A stretch of DNA of 48,601 bases, the filler included, from Bipalium vagum (Eukaryota), in assembly GCA_037834085.1 (NCBI GenBank). It is 2 parts of 2 records of this genome, joined end to end, with 100 filler letters (N's around TTAATTAATTAA, not from the genome) between each part and the next. Parts side by side here need not be neighbours in the genome. Positions count along the whole stretch, not along the records: positions 23,394 to 48,601 come from JBBMKC010196165.1; 1 more part is not named here. One strand, given 5' to 3'. The first letter of the stretch is position 1. Each line of letters opens with the position of its first letter. The notes under the pieces are model-generated. The model did not search any database, was not told the origin of the DNA, and saw nothing but the letters and a program-made list of their open reading frames with translations. Made by a program: the position numbers and the translations under genes. Positions 37,980 through 48,601 of the stretch are shown piece after piece.

Positions 37980-40850
37980 CCTCTTCATTACTTTATTTAT
38001 TGCCCTGGTCTTCCTTTTTTCTGTCTTTGGCTCTTCATGAATCATCATACACTGAGAACACGTACCACATTTTTTTCTCGATAACATGTCTGCATTCGTG
38101 TGCTCAATTCCTTTTCTATATTTAAGCTCTATATCTATACTGCTGAGATAGTTCATCCACATTTGCAATTGTGACGTTATTGGCTTGTCATCTTGAACAT
38201 GAATTCTATTGCTTTGTGATCTGTTCTCACCAGAATTTTTTCCATAAAAGTAATGCTTAAAGTGGTTACAGAAGTAATAGATTGCTAATAGTTCCTTTCT
38301 TGTATCCTTTTTCATGACTGTTCATTGCATGTGATCCGTACGCGATCACTCTCTTTTTCATTATCGTCTGTCTGTGACAACACTGCTCCAATCGCTTCAT
38401 AACAGGAGTCAGTGTCTAATATAAACGTTCTTTTAATGTCTGGAAAAGCTATCACTGGTGTTTTTGTTAGTGACTCCTTCATATCTTGGAAAGCTATATT
38501 GCATGCTTCAGTCCATATTCATTTTTCATTGTTCTTCCCACACATTTGATCTAACACCCTTGATTTTTTTGCTCACCCATTGATAAATTTCCGATAATAA
38601 TTACAAATATCAGAAAGCTTCTTAAATTTTTTACGCATTTTGACCTCTCGAAAGTTCTGATTGCTTCAATTTTCTCTGGGTCGGTCTTGATTACTTGTTT
38701 GTCAATTACATATCCTAGAAATTTGACTTCTGTTCTTAGTAGATGGCATTTCTCTGGATTCACTCTAAGTCCTGCTTCTTTTATCCTCTTTAGCACTTCA
38801 TTTAGTACGGCGTAATGATGTTCTATATCCTTTGTGTGAATCATCTAAATAGACCATCGTATTTTTCAAATTTCATAAAACCTTCGTCATTAACTCTTGA
38901 AAAGTTCCCGGAGCAGTGGATATACCAAAAGGCATTCTTGTGAAGAAAAATTGTCCTTCTTTTGTTGAAAAAGCTGTTTATTCTTGTGAATTCGTCGTCA
39001 ATGCAACCTGGTAGTATGCATTACCCAAGTCAATTGTGCTAAAGTATTTAGCTCCTTCTAATCTATCCAGTAGATCCTCTATATTTGGCATCGGAAAATC
39101 CTGACGTTCAGTTACCTTGTTCAGCTTTCTAAAGTCTAGACATAATCTGACATCTTTTCTTTCTTTTTTTCATACGCAAATTAGTGGCGTATTCACAAGT
39201 TGCATCTTTTTATTATTCCGTTCTCAAATAAATTCTTTATTGCTTCATCGATTTTCTCTTCCAGGTGCATTGGCTGTCTCCACGGTTTTGTGTTAATTGG
39301 TTCACCAGTAGTTTTGATCTCGTGCTTCATCATTTTTGTACATCCAATATCCCACGGATCTGCATGAATGTTTCTTTATTTTTTTCTATCACTTAAAGAG
39401 CTTTTATCTTCGACGGTGACTAATATCTTCTTTCGTCTCCGCAGGCGCTCTTCATCTTTAACAACTCTTCCAAACTTGACCTCAATGTTGCATATCAGTA
39501 AGAAATCTTCATTATTTAAATCCGAACTTCGTCAAAAATTCTGTTCCTCCAATCAGCTCTGGTGAAACCTGCTCAACAATTGTGAATGACATAGGGTCAG
39601 CTCTATCTCCAATATAAACAGCAACTGTTACCTTTCCTACCACATTTATTACACTATTATTCGTAGTCTTTATGATCTCCATGCATCTTTGTATTTCTAC
39701 ATTGCCTAGTTCTAGAAATTTATTCCGACTCATTACATTTATGCTAGCTCCAGTATCCAGTAAGCATTCCATTTCGTGTCCGTGTATATTAACAGTTATA
39801 CTTGGCCTTCCTGTCATCACGTTATATTTAATAATCTGTTTTTTAAAAATACTCAGCGTTACTATCTCCTTTTCATCTCCATTCTCAAAATTCTTCTTTA
39901 AAAATCTATTCAACTTTCTAATTCCCTCTTTTGCCCTGACACTTTTTACATTCTCTGTTACATTCCTCTCCTGGCGAAACCGTATTCCTACGTCGTTCAA
40001 GGCTCCGATCAACTCGACTTCGGACGGAGCCGCCCTTTTGGGTGTTCATAGTACGAGTCTGTTTGTCTTTCTCCATTTCCATACAATTTCTCTGTCTTCT
40101 AATGTTGAGAATGCCTCTACCGTTACTTCTTATATATCGTTCACATTTTTCTGGAATCCATTACTTCTTCTATATCCCGTTCCTCTATTTCTGTCATAAT
40201 TATATCGTTTTCTGATAGGTCTTATTCTTGACTCATTGGTATAGCATTCTTTTTCGTGATGGCCCTTTTCATGATAACGATTGCACTTTACTCTGTTACA
40301 ATCTCTTCTTATAAGGTCTTCCGAACCACATGCGAAACATTTTCTTCTGTTTCGATTTGGATAACCCAATTGTTGTGCCCTATTTTGTTACAACTGTAAC
40401 AGACCTACTCTGATTTGGTTCTTTCCGACTGCTGTCTTTTTTAATATTTTTGTAAACGTTATTATTATAAGGCTTGTGATAAGCGAAGCTTGGTTTTCTG
40501 TTCTCGACTCTTTCTTAATGTATCTCTATAAGAGACCACATTTACTTCTTCTGGCATCAATCTTCCTTTATCAAATCTCTTCATTTCATTTACAATTTCT
40601 TCTGAATCCTTCCTTCTTTTGCAAGTGTTGCCACATCTCTTTATCATTACAACAGTGTAGCAATTCACTTTTCACCGTTTCTTTGTCCCACGTGTACTCC
40701 ATTAATCGGTCAGCAAATTCAGAGATTTTTTCACAAACACATCCACATCTTCTTTTCCACGCTTATAATTGAAAGCTTCTTTAAGGTCCTTCATCCTTGA
40801 TTTTACGTTCCCGAATGCCTTTTTCATTAGTCCTTCTATTATATATACTA
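37980..40850 (-). mobile_element. Decayed Ty3/gypsy LTR retrotransposon (gag, protease, RT, RNase H; integrase core not found)
   Basis: Two degenerate CCHC knuckles (40130-40369); LLDTGAS protease; LCLDFRKLN, MPFGISTAPGTFQ and VYLDD in RT; LDTDSC..AIGAVLSQ, ELLAI and NADMLSR in RNase H; many stops and frameshifts. No LTR pair identified. Confidence 0.9.
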
Positions 40851-41245
40851 TTATATATTTCCCTCGTTCTGTGTGAAGTACAGGGTGGCTTCTAACATAT
40901 AGGGCATTGTAGATAAAATTAATTTCGATAAAAAATGGAATTTTTCATTTTTATCTTTAAGTATTGATGATAAAAAATAAATAATGAAATTTGTTGTAAA
41001 ACTTTAAATTTAATTAATCTCATTTTACCATATTTTAAAATGACTATTTTAAAAATATTGAAAATTTTATGAAAGTTAACACAAGTAATATTTAAAAAAA
41101 TACCAAACTGCGATTTGAAAATTTTTTTATGAGAAACTAATTACAATTTAATCCTTTTACTTATTTGATTTTGTGTTTTAATACTGTAAATTAATTAATA
41201 GTAAATCATTTTCAAATAATTAGGATGATAAAAAGGTAATAACAG

Positions 41246-41767
41246 ATGAAAGGTTTTACTTTCTCCAATCAAGGACAATCTTCCAACAGTACCTTTTCTT
41301 TTACTAAAAATATAGCCGATGTTCTACCTGAAATTGGAATAACTTTGTGTGAATTTTGTGATCATCAAATCGATTTGAAAACATCTAAATGTGCGGCTTG
41401 CAATTCATCTATTTGGGAAATGCCATCTCGAAAAAAGTATAATAAAATTGAAGCCAGCAAAATCATTTCTAATAATACTACTACTACTACGAAAAAGAAA
41501 AAACCACTAAAAGTTAATGTCAGCTCGAATCCTTTCAGCTCATTGATAGTCAACAAAGAATGGAAATGTCACAATTGTCACAGCTCCAACTCTGTAACGA
41601 TGTTATATTGTCATATTTGTGCATGCAAGAAACGATATTTGAAAACCGAGACGAACATTCCTGTAAAATTTCAGAGATTTGACGAGTGGACTTGTCGTGC
41701 TTGTAGTTTTAAAAATCGCAAATCTTTGTTAAATTGTGAAGTATGTTTTCTTTCCAAGTTTGAATAA
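41246..41767 (+). CDS. Intronless RanBP2/NZF-type zinc-finger protein, 173 aa
   Basis: Intact ORF with two canonical W-x-C-x2-C-x3-N-x6-C-x2-C fingers (WKCHNCHSSNSVTMLYCHIC, WTCRACSFKNRKSLLNCEVC) and one degenerate finger (CEFC..CAAC). AATAAA overlaps the stop. Confidence 0.8.
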   Translation: MKGFTFSNQGQSSNSTFSFTKNIADVLPEIGITLCEFCDHQIDLKTSKCAACNSSIWEMPSRKKYNKIEASKIISNNTTTTTKKKKPLKVNVSSNPFSSLIVNKEWKCHNCHSSNSVTMLYCHICACKKRYLKTETNIPVKFQRFDEWTCRACSFKNRKSLLNCEVCFLSKFE

Positions 41768-42339
41768 ATAAACAATTTTAAAAATACTTTTTTTTAATGA
41801 GTTCTCTTGAATATGAGCAAAATTTCCATTTTGTTGTTCTAAATCTCGCACTGGCTTTATCAATTAACTCCATTTCAATAAAATTAAGATTTATTGGTTC
41901 AGTAACGGACAAAAAAATGTTTTATGAAAATATATTTTTATTTATTTTATTAAATTTGAATCAACTATTTTAGTGAGTAATTTAATTTTGATAAACTTTG
42001 AAGTCTAAAATATGTCTGTCAAACGAAACCCTTGCTTGATGTATTTATCGATGATTTTAAATTTTTTTGATTTTATTAAATGTGACTTATCTTAAATATT
42101 ATAAATTTTATGTCTATTGATTTTCAAATAAGATTCATTTAAATTAACACAAAATAAGAATTAATTATTTTCTTTGTAATGAAGAATATTTTTTAAATTC
42201 TATTTCCCTCAAGTAATCTTGTCTCAAGAAAAATTTTATAAAATTATTGAATTGTTAAGTATATTTAAAGAAAATGCTAAAATTGAATTAATGCATGTTG
42301 AAAAAATAAAATTAAAATCAATTTATATAATTGATACAC

Positions 42340-43200
42340 TTTCTATTTAGAAAATTTTGTCCTTCATTGATGAAAATTTTCCAAAAACTCGGCAATTTGT
42401 GAATTCCGTCTTTAAAAAGCTGATAATATTTTCATTAATTCAAATCTTCTAGTCATTTTTGAACATTTCAATAATTCTTGAAGTTCTGTTCAGACAGGCC
42501 TTGTGCGATGGTAACAAATGGTAATCCGACTGATCCTTATCGAATGAGTACGGTGCGTGAGGTGATATCTCTCAATTCAGCTCTTAATATGTCTTTCATT
42601 TTGGCAACATGATGTGGTTGTTGTCATGTAGCAAGATCACTTTTCCATGTATGGCAGCCCATTCTGGTCATTTTGGTGTGGTTTCCTGATTTTCATAAGG
42701 AATGTCAGTAACAGTTTTTCCTGGTATCAGCTTTACTACCATACACAATAATACTTTCTGTCCATAAAAATTGGGTTTTGCGATTAAAATTGTCGGAAAC
42801 CTGATTAACCCATGATCATTTACATTTTAGGATTTTTAAAATAAATCCATTTTTCATCTCCAATGACGATATGATGGAGGAAGGACATTTATTCTTATTC
42901 AAATTTCACTAGTTGTTTTTAATAGTGTTTGTTTCTTTTGGTTAATTCATAAGACAATCATTTGCCTTCGTTCTGAATCTTTCCCATATCATGCAACCAG
43001 TTTGAAATGTAACCTTTTTGCGTTACACAGCAATGTAGTCAAATATTCTTGCTTGTCGACCAATAAGGTTTTTAGTTCATTCTTCCAATTATTTTGTGGT
43101 CTTCCACACTCTATCATTCACATCTAAATCACCAGTATTGAATAATTGAAGCCTTTCTTGACAGGCTCTTTCGGATCATGCATGATTACCAAAATCTCTC
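42340..43200 (-). mobile_element. Decayed mariner transposon
   Basis: Minus-strand ISPHAPYS...SDYHL and FKDGIHKLPSFW C-terminal mariner motifs. Confidence 0.75.
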
Positions 43201-43440
43201 TGATCAATCTAAGTGCACCAGTAACTTTTCTTTAAATTAAACATAAAAAAGCAATGTTTAATGTAATGTATTATAAGAATTATTAAATTTAAAATTTAAG
43301 TATTATTAGAGTCAAAATGACTATTCGAGACCACACCCAACCATAAAATTTATGGTTGGGTGCAATTTCGACCAGGCATTACAATTACGTTATTATTTTA
43401 CTTTGAACTTTATCGTAACACAGCTCGTAAAGTTTATTGA

Positions 43441-44014
43441 CCCCTACGCTTTGCTGAGCCAAATTCGGTTCGCTCAGAAACCCCCTAATAGCACAGGACC
43501 CACCGTGAGTTCCTGTAGCATAGAGGGCATCAATATGAATTTAAAATTTGAAAATCTTCGGACAACAGCAACAAATTTTGGCTCTTTCGACAAAAAACAA
43601 GAATTTTCTTGACCTCTCTTTTAACAAAATAAACCAAAAAATCTCTCTTCTTTGGCAATTCACAGCGGATTCCAACTCCTTAAATACCATTCTGATTAAT
43701 CGTAGACCAAATTGATTAATGGGGAATCTCAATTCCATTCTTAGATAATAAATTACTAAATATGTCCCTCCTTGAGGACCGTGATCTAATCTTGGCAATT
43801 TAGGTTTGCCATTGTCAGATTAGATCGTTTTTAGAAAATAATTGCCCTTTTTAATTTTTAATTAAGTTGTATACTAAAATTAATTTTTTTAAAATTATTA
43901 TTTTTAGTATTATTTTACTTCTGACCCTTTTGCCGTCTTAATAATTAATATATAATAATTATAAATATTATAGACCCTTTTCCGGTCTTAACATATAAGT
44001 TTTACAAGGATTAA
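43441..44014 (-). mobile_element. Possible piggyBac-like relic
   Basis: TTGA|CCC and AGGA|TTAA ends, plus a decayed RLDH...RC...FCRK Cys-rich tail on the minus strand. TIRs do not match well. Confidence 0.25.
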
Positions 44015-44689
44015 CAGGGATGTGTCCTTAGCTAACCCAACAGAACAAAGGAGTGTACTTTTTTTATATCCCACTTTTTCTCGCTATTATTTTTGTGCTC
44101 GCTCATGCTCACAAAAAATTCTCTTTCAAAAAAGTGTTTAAAAACCAGGTACACTTTGAGTAGTATGAAAAAAAAATTCTTTTAGAAAATATTTTAAAAT
44201 AGTCAAATTTTTTTTTATAAAATGAACCTACAAAAAATCGAAAAAATCAGAATAAATCTAAACCATAACATTAAACAAAAAGATTTATTCCAATACAAAA
44301 AAGATTTACAATATTTAATAAATGTTATTACAAAAATAGAATATAAAAATGAGTTAGAAAGAAAATAAAATGATCTTATATATTTTTTTTAAATACGAAA
44401 CATTTGATATTTTAAATTTTATGAAAAAAAATTAATAACATTTCTAAATAAGTAAATTTTTATTTTACTTTTAATCTACTTTTTATTTTGTAATAAAACT
44501 TTGAACATGGTATTCTGAAGATATGATAAAATATGAAAAAACAACGAAAAAACGACGACTAAAAATAAAAAGGACATCAAAGATAAAACAACGACTAAAA
44601 AGATTCAGTTAAAGCGTAAAATTAGAAATTAAAACATTCAAAATATTCATTTAAAATCTTGTAATCCATTTAATAAAACAAATGTGGTC

Positions 44690-44935
44690 GTGAAATTCTG
44701 TAAACCCAGGACCATATTCATAACCGATCAAAAACTATAATGAAATTATAGATAATCTTGAAGACAGTCAAGATTTTTCAATTCCGAAACCTGATTTAAT
44801 TCCATTAAATAGAATTAATAATGCTACAATGAAACATGATGTAAAATATATTTCAAGATTTAAAAGATGTAGATTGCTGATGTAGAAATGATTCATAAAA
44901 TGAACAATATTCGAAATCCAACTCCAAGAGAATTT
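44690..44935 (+). pseudogene. Parvovirus-VP1-type phospholipase A2 domain, copy 1
   Basis: FCKPRT...IPKPDLIPLNRINNATMKHDVKY followed by a frameshifted ADVEMIH. Confidence 0.7.
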
Positions 44936-45091
44936 TAAATTTTGTTCTCTAAGAGAAAAATTAGAAAGAGCTTTAGAAAAATTTATTATTTAGTCTAAAA
45001 TTGACAAGACTTGGTTTTCTAAGAATCAAAAAAATTATCCGATATAAATCTTTTTAAAAAACAAGTTTTTCCTCCTGAATAAAGTAGACAG

Positions 45092-45262
45092 AGCAAATGA
45101 ACTTCATAAAGAATTCAGAAAAAGTTTTTAATAAAAATAATATTTGGTCAGCAGATTTAACTTTTGTTACAGGAGAAAAAGATTATAAAATAATTCTAAC
45201 AGCTATTGATTTATATACTCGTTTTGCTTTTGCAGTTCCTTCAAAATATAAAAGAGGACAAT
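45092..45262 (+). pseudogene. Polinton-type integrase N-terminal fragment
   Basis: ANELHKEFRK / NIWSADLTFVTGEKDYKIILTAIDLYTRFAFAVPSKYKRG matches ELHK...WxADL...YxLTxIDxFSKxAWAxPLKxK. Confidence 0.8.
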
Positions 45263-45289
45263 AAAGAAAAGTTTTATTTCATTGACACG

Positions 45290-46850
45290 AGAAAGTTTTT
45301 TAAAAAGGCTTGTCTCTACTATGACAATGATTTTTTTTCCAGATATTATGAGTGTTAATGATCGTCCTAGCCGCAGAATTTTTCATAATTGATTTAATTT
45401 CTGCTATTTGAAATTCTAATTTCCGAGTGTTTGGTAGTTTGATGGGATTCACGACCCCTGGCTCCGATTATCAATGTTCTGATATAATAGTACCATATTC
45501 TTCCGAGTTCGAATTCAGCTTTGTCCAATAAAGTCTGATATTTGTGTTTGCTTGTTTTGTCATTACCCTTGATAGGTATCTTTGATTCAAAGGAAATTTA
45601 ATCGTTTATAATTAGATATCTTTTAAGCCTCTTTTTGACTAATTGTATATCAGGAATTAAGTTTTGACCTGAAAAATACCTTTCTTTTCAATGTGCATAT
45701 CTCATTCCTTTTTAAGTGTGAATAGCAAATCAACTAACATATCGCGTACATCATTGTGCCTTTTATTTTTTTAAAAATTTTTATTGGTTGGTAAATTATT
45801 AGTGCGATGCTTCTTAATAAAGTACCATTCATCTGAAATGCTCAGGTGTCTGTTCATCAGTCTTTTGTTTAGAGGACCATTTAGGACAACTGTTTTTGCC
45901 AGTATTCCTGCGCAGCACAAGTTAGCCCAATTCTCAATCATCTTTTCCCTGATTTCCTCATGTAAGAACTGACATAACAGGTGAATTGCAAAATTGTCAA
46001 AGATTGTGATGATTCCGCTGTTGTTGTTCAGTTGAAAGCCCATGTTGATATTGTAGTACTTATCAAAATAATGTATATCCATGCGAATCTTGGTCTATCA
46101 GTATCTTTGTAGGGCCTTATTGCGTGCTTTGTATAACTAGTCAATGCCCATTTCTAATGTCGTCGCATTTGATTGAGATTTTAAGGAATTCTAGGTTAGA
46201 TTCAGTATTTGCTTATCTCAGGTTTTCAGCATCCGATGAACTGGGTTATAATTGACTGGGTTAATCGAATGTTAATATATAACCCAGTCCACCATAATCT
46301 ATTGGACAATAAAAATATCCAATTGGACACGACGGTGAATGTGAAAGTGATTCACGTAAATGCTTCTAAGATTGAAATCTAGACCGTAATATGTACCTTC
46401 ACTCTTGATCGTAGTTTCGGAATACTTTAAATATGATACCACTGTTTTATAGTTGCGGAACGCAAAGATGAGTTTTGGAGGAAGGAAGGTCGTATATGAT
46501 TTTACGGCCTGCCATGGATATAGGTCACTCTTGCGTATTTTGGGCATCAGATTCATCACTGATTCATAGATGTAATAAAAGTTTCGTTCAATTTTAAACA
46601 TATTATCTATACCAAAGTATTTGTACCATCCCCCATCTTAAGTATTAGGTATAGGGCTGCCGTTGATGTTCATCTGTCCGATCTTCTTCTTTGAGAGATT
46701 TAAGAACGCGCATTTAGAGGCGTTGACTGTCATCCCTAACCACTGGATAACATTAATCATATCGTTCACCGTGTGTTGCAGATCTCCAATCTTGTTGTCA
46801 ACGATAGCTAAGTTATCTGCGTAAGCAGATACTGCAAATTTCAAGTTAGG
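45290..46850 (-). mobile_element. 5'-truncated RLE-type (R2/R4-like) non-LTR retrotransposon inserted in the Polinton relic
   Basis: RT AVSAYADNL...GMTVNASKC...KYFG; KRHNDVRDML; KHKYQTL...LIIGARG endonuclease tail; frameshifted. Confidence 0.82.
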
Positions 46851-47332
46851 GAAGTAGTGGGGAAATGGCTAAAAGAAACCAACACCAAAGATTTAAAATA
46901 TAAATAAAAAACATCATTTTTGTCTGAAGTTTTATTATAACTTTTGATTTTATCACATTGTTTTTCATTAACAATAACATTTTTTGATTTTACAAAATAT
47001 ATATAAAAATTTTTTTATCTTTATTTTCTATTTAAAATAAATTACTGAATTATATTTTTGTGAAGTTTTCAATAAAAGTACATCAAAATATAATGAGTAA
47101 ACATTTAAATACAAACATTAAATTTAAATACATTTTAGAAATATTACTTATGTAAAAAGAACTATTGAATAAATAAATGAAAAATATCAAAATTTTCTTA
47201 TTAAAACAGGCCGTGACATTCAATCAGCTATTACAAATAATAATTTTTTAATAAATTTGCAACAGGAAAGTATCAAGGATAATCACATTTAAAATCTTTA
47301 AATCTTTCTAATAAAACATTAAATCCTTTTAT

Positions 47333-47484
47333 TTTACTGAACCAGGAACAAATATTGATAAACGTTTAGAAAATTATGGAGATGTTATAAATAATTCAGA
47401 TATACCTCCAATTCCAAAGCTGATTCAATTCCAATAAACAGAGTTGATCAAGCAGCAATGAAACATGATGTAAAATATATTTAA
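47333..47484 (+). pseudogene. Parvovirus-VP1-type phospholipase A2 domain, copy 2
   Basis: FTEPGTNIDKRL...IPK / ADSIPINRVDQAAMKHDVKY matches YxGPGTxLxxRL...PINxLDxAAxxHDxxY. One frameshift, truncated after HD. Confidence 0.8.
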
Positions 47485-47559
47485 TCCAGAACATCTACAA
47501 ATCCTTTTAAGTTGTTATTCTTTAAATTTTAAAAATTTGTTTTATGATTTATTATTCTC

Positions 47560-48540
47560 TTTAATTTCACCCATCCTGGTTTTGTCAAATTTCTAAATTA
47601 CTTATTTCTGAGTAATTTTCTTTAGAAACATAGCTTTCAAGAGCTTCGGTCGCATTTGGATATAAACATGGTAAAAACTATTTTTTATTTTACTTGTTTC
47701 TCTAAAGTATATTTTATTATATTTTCTTAATAATATTGGTGCATCTTCTGTTACACTACCACCAAAATGAATTTTATATTTTCCAAATAATTTTTTCTAA
47801 ACAATTATAAACAAAATCATACATTATTAATTTAGAATGTTCTAATACAAAAAATCCTATATAATTAAATTTGTCAAATTTTATATTAGATTTTTTCATG
47901 TGACATGCAATTATATTTTCTGTAAACATTTTAGATCTTTCAAGGTTATTTTTTATGTGTTTAATTGAAATTTTGTATTACTTGAAATTATTTCAATGTT
48001 TTGTCTATTTCTCACATTCTCTAATGTTTTACCATTTAAAAGTTCAAAAAAAGAAACGACCAAAATCATCATTATTTCTTTTAGACTCATTTCTTTTTTC
48101 AATATTGAATTCTATATAACCTTTCAACCGAGCTGATTTTTTAATAATAGTTTTTTGTACTGTTTTTGAAAATCATTCCGTGATCAAAATAAGTCTAATA
48201 ATGATCCTTCTACTATATATTCATTTTTATCAAATTGGGTTAACATTATTTTTTCATTAAATATGTTACTTGTTTTATTTATAATTTGATAATTAGTTAA
48301 TAATGAATCATTTATTTAAATCTTCTCTGGAAATATGGGAAAGTATTTATTTTTCTTATGTAACTGTAGGATACTCTAGATCAACTACATATATATAACC
48401 TACTTTATCAGATGATGTTCTTTCATAATATTCATTTGTATCTTCATACATTTTACCCGTGGGTAAAGGCATTGTCACAGGTTGAATATAATGAGCATGC
48501 ATCAATATATTTTAGATATCTGTTAAGATCCTAAGATGCG
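47560..48540 (-). pseudogene. Protein-primed family B DNA polymerase (pPolB) relic
   Basis: YIDACSLYS (motif A), PLPTG, VGYIYVVDLEYP, LNGKTLENVRNR (motif B) and YIGFFVLEHSKLIMYDFVY; frameshifts and stops. Confidence 0.85.
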
Positions 48541-48601
48541 TGGAAAAATAGATGTTAAATGCGGAGCTTAATTTTTGCTTAGGTCTCAACGGTTGAAGGT
48601 T

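Larger units (their letters stand above)
44200..48601. mobile_element. Polinton/Maverick (adintovirus-like) endogenous element relic
   Basis: pPolB, a retroviral-type integrase fragment and two parvovirus-type PLA2 domains occur together; all are disrupted. Confidence 0.82.

Noticed and set aside
39368-40772. Plus-strand hydrophobic ORFs over the gypsy element
   Set aside because: Antisense shadows of A-rich gag/pol.
1-48601. Alternative genetic code to explain the many in-frame stops
   Set aside because: The host genes read through cleanly in the standard code once introns are removed; stops and frameshifts are confined to transposon relics.

Overview
Very AT-rich animal (invertebrate-type) nuclear DNA, made of two contigs joined by an artificial N44-TTAATTAATTAA-N44 linker at 23294-23393. 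The left contig is mostly decayed Tc1/mariner, hAT and LINE relics, around two minus-strand exons of a class B (secretin/calcitonin-type) GPCR. The right contig holds three reconstructable host genes. These are a 12-exon ankyrin-repeat + RING E3-ligase gene with one repeat per exon (six of 99 nt, one of 96 nt; 25750-28321), a 10-exon ZRSR2/Urp minor-spliceosome gene (32051-34595), and an intronless RanBP2/NZF zinc-finger gene (41246-41767). It also has a tRNA-Ala-like pseudogene inside a hAT element, a decayed Ty3/gypsy element, and a Polinton/Maverick (adintovirus-like) relic (pPolB, integrase, two PLA2 domains) interrupted by an RLE-type non-LTR element. The most intriguing signal is in ZRSR2. 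A perfect U12-type donor (GTATCCTT) overlaps a U2 acceptor, and a U12-like branch point plus AG lies downstream. Using them would give a premature stop, suggesting a minor-spliceosome feedback switch. All gene models were built by hand from splice signals and reading-frame continuity, with no transcript data. Transposon boundaries are approximate unless TIRs are stated.
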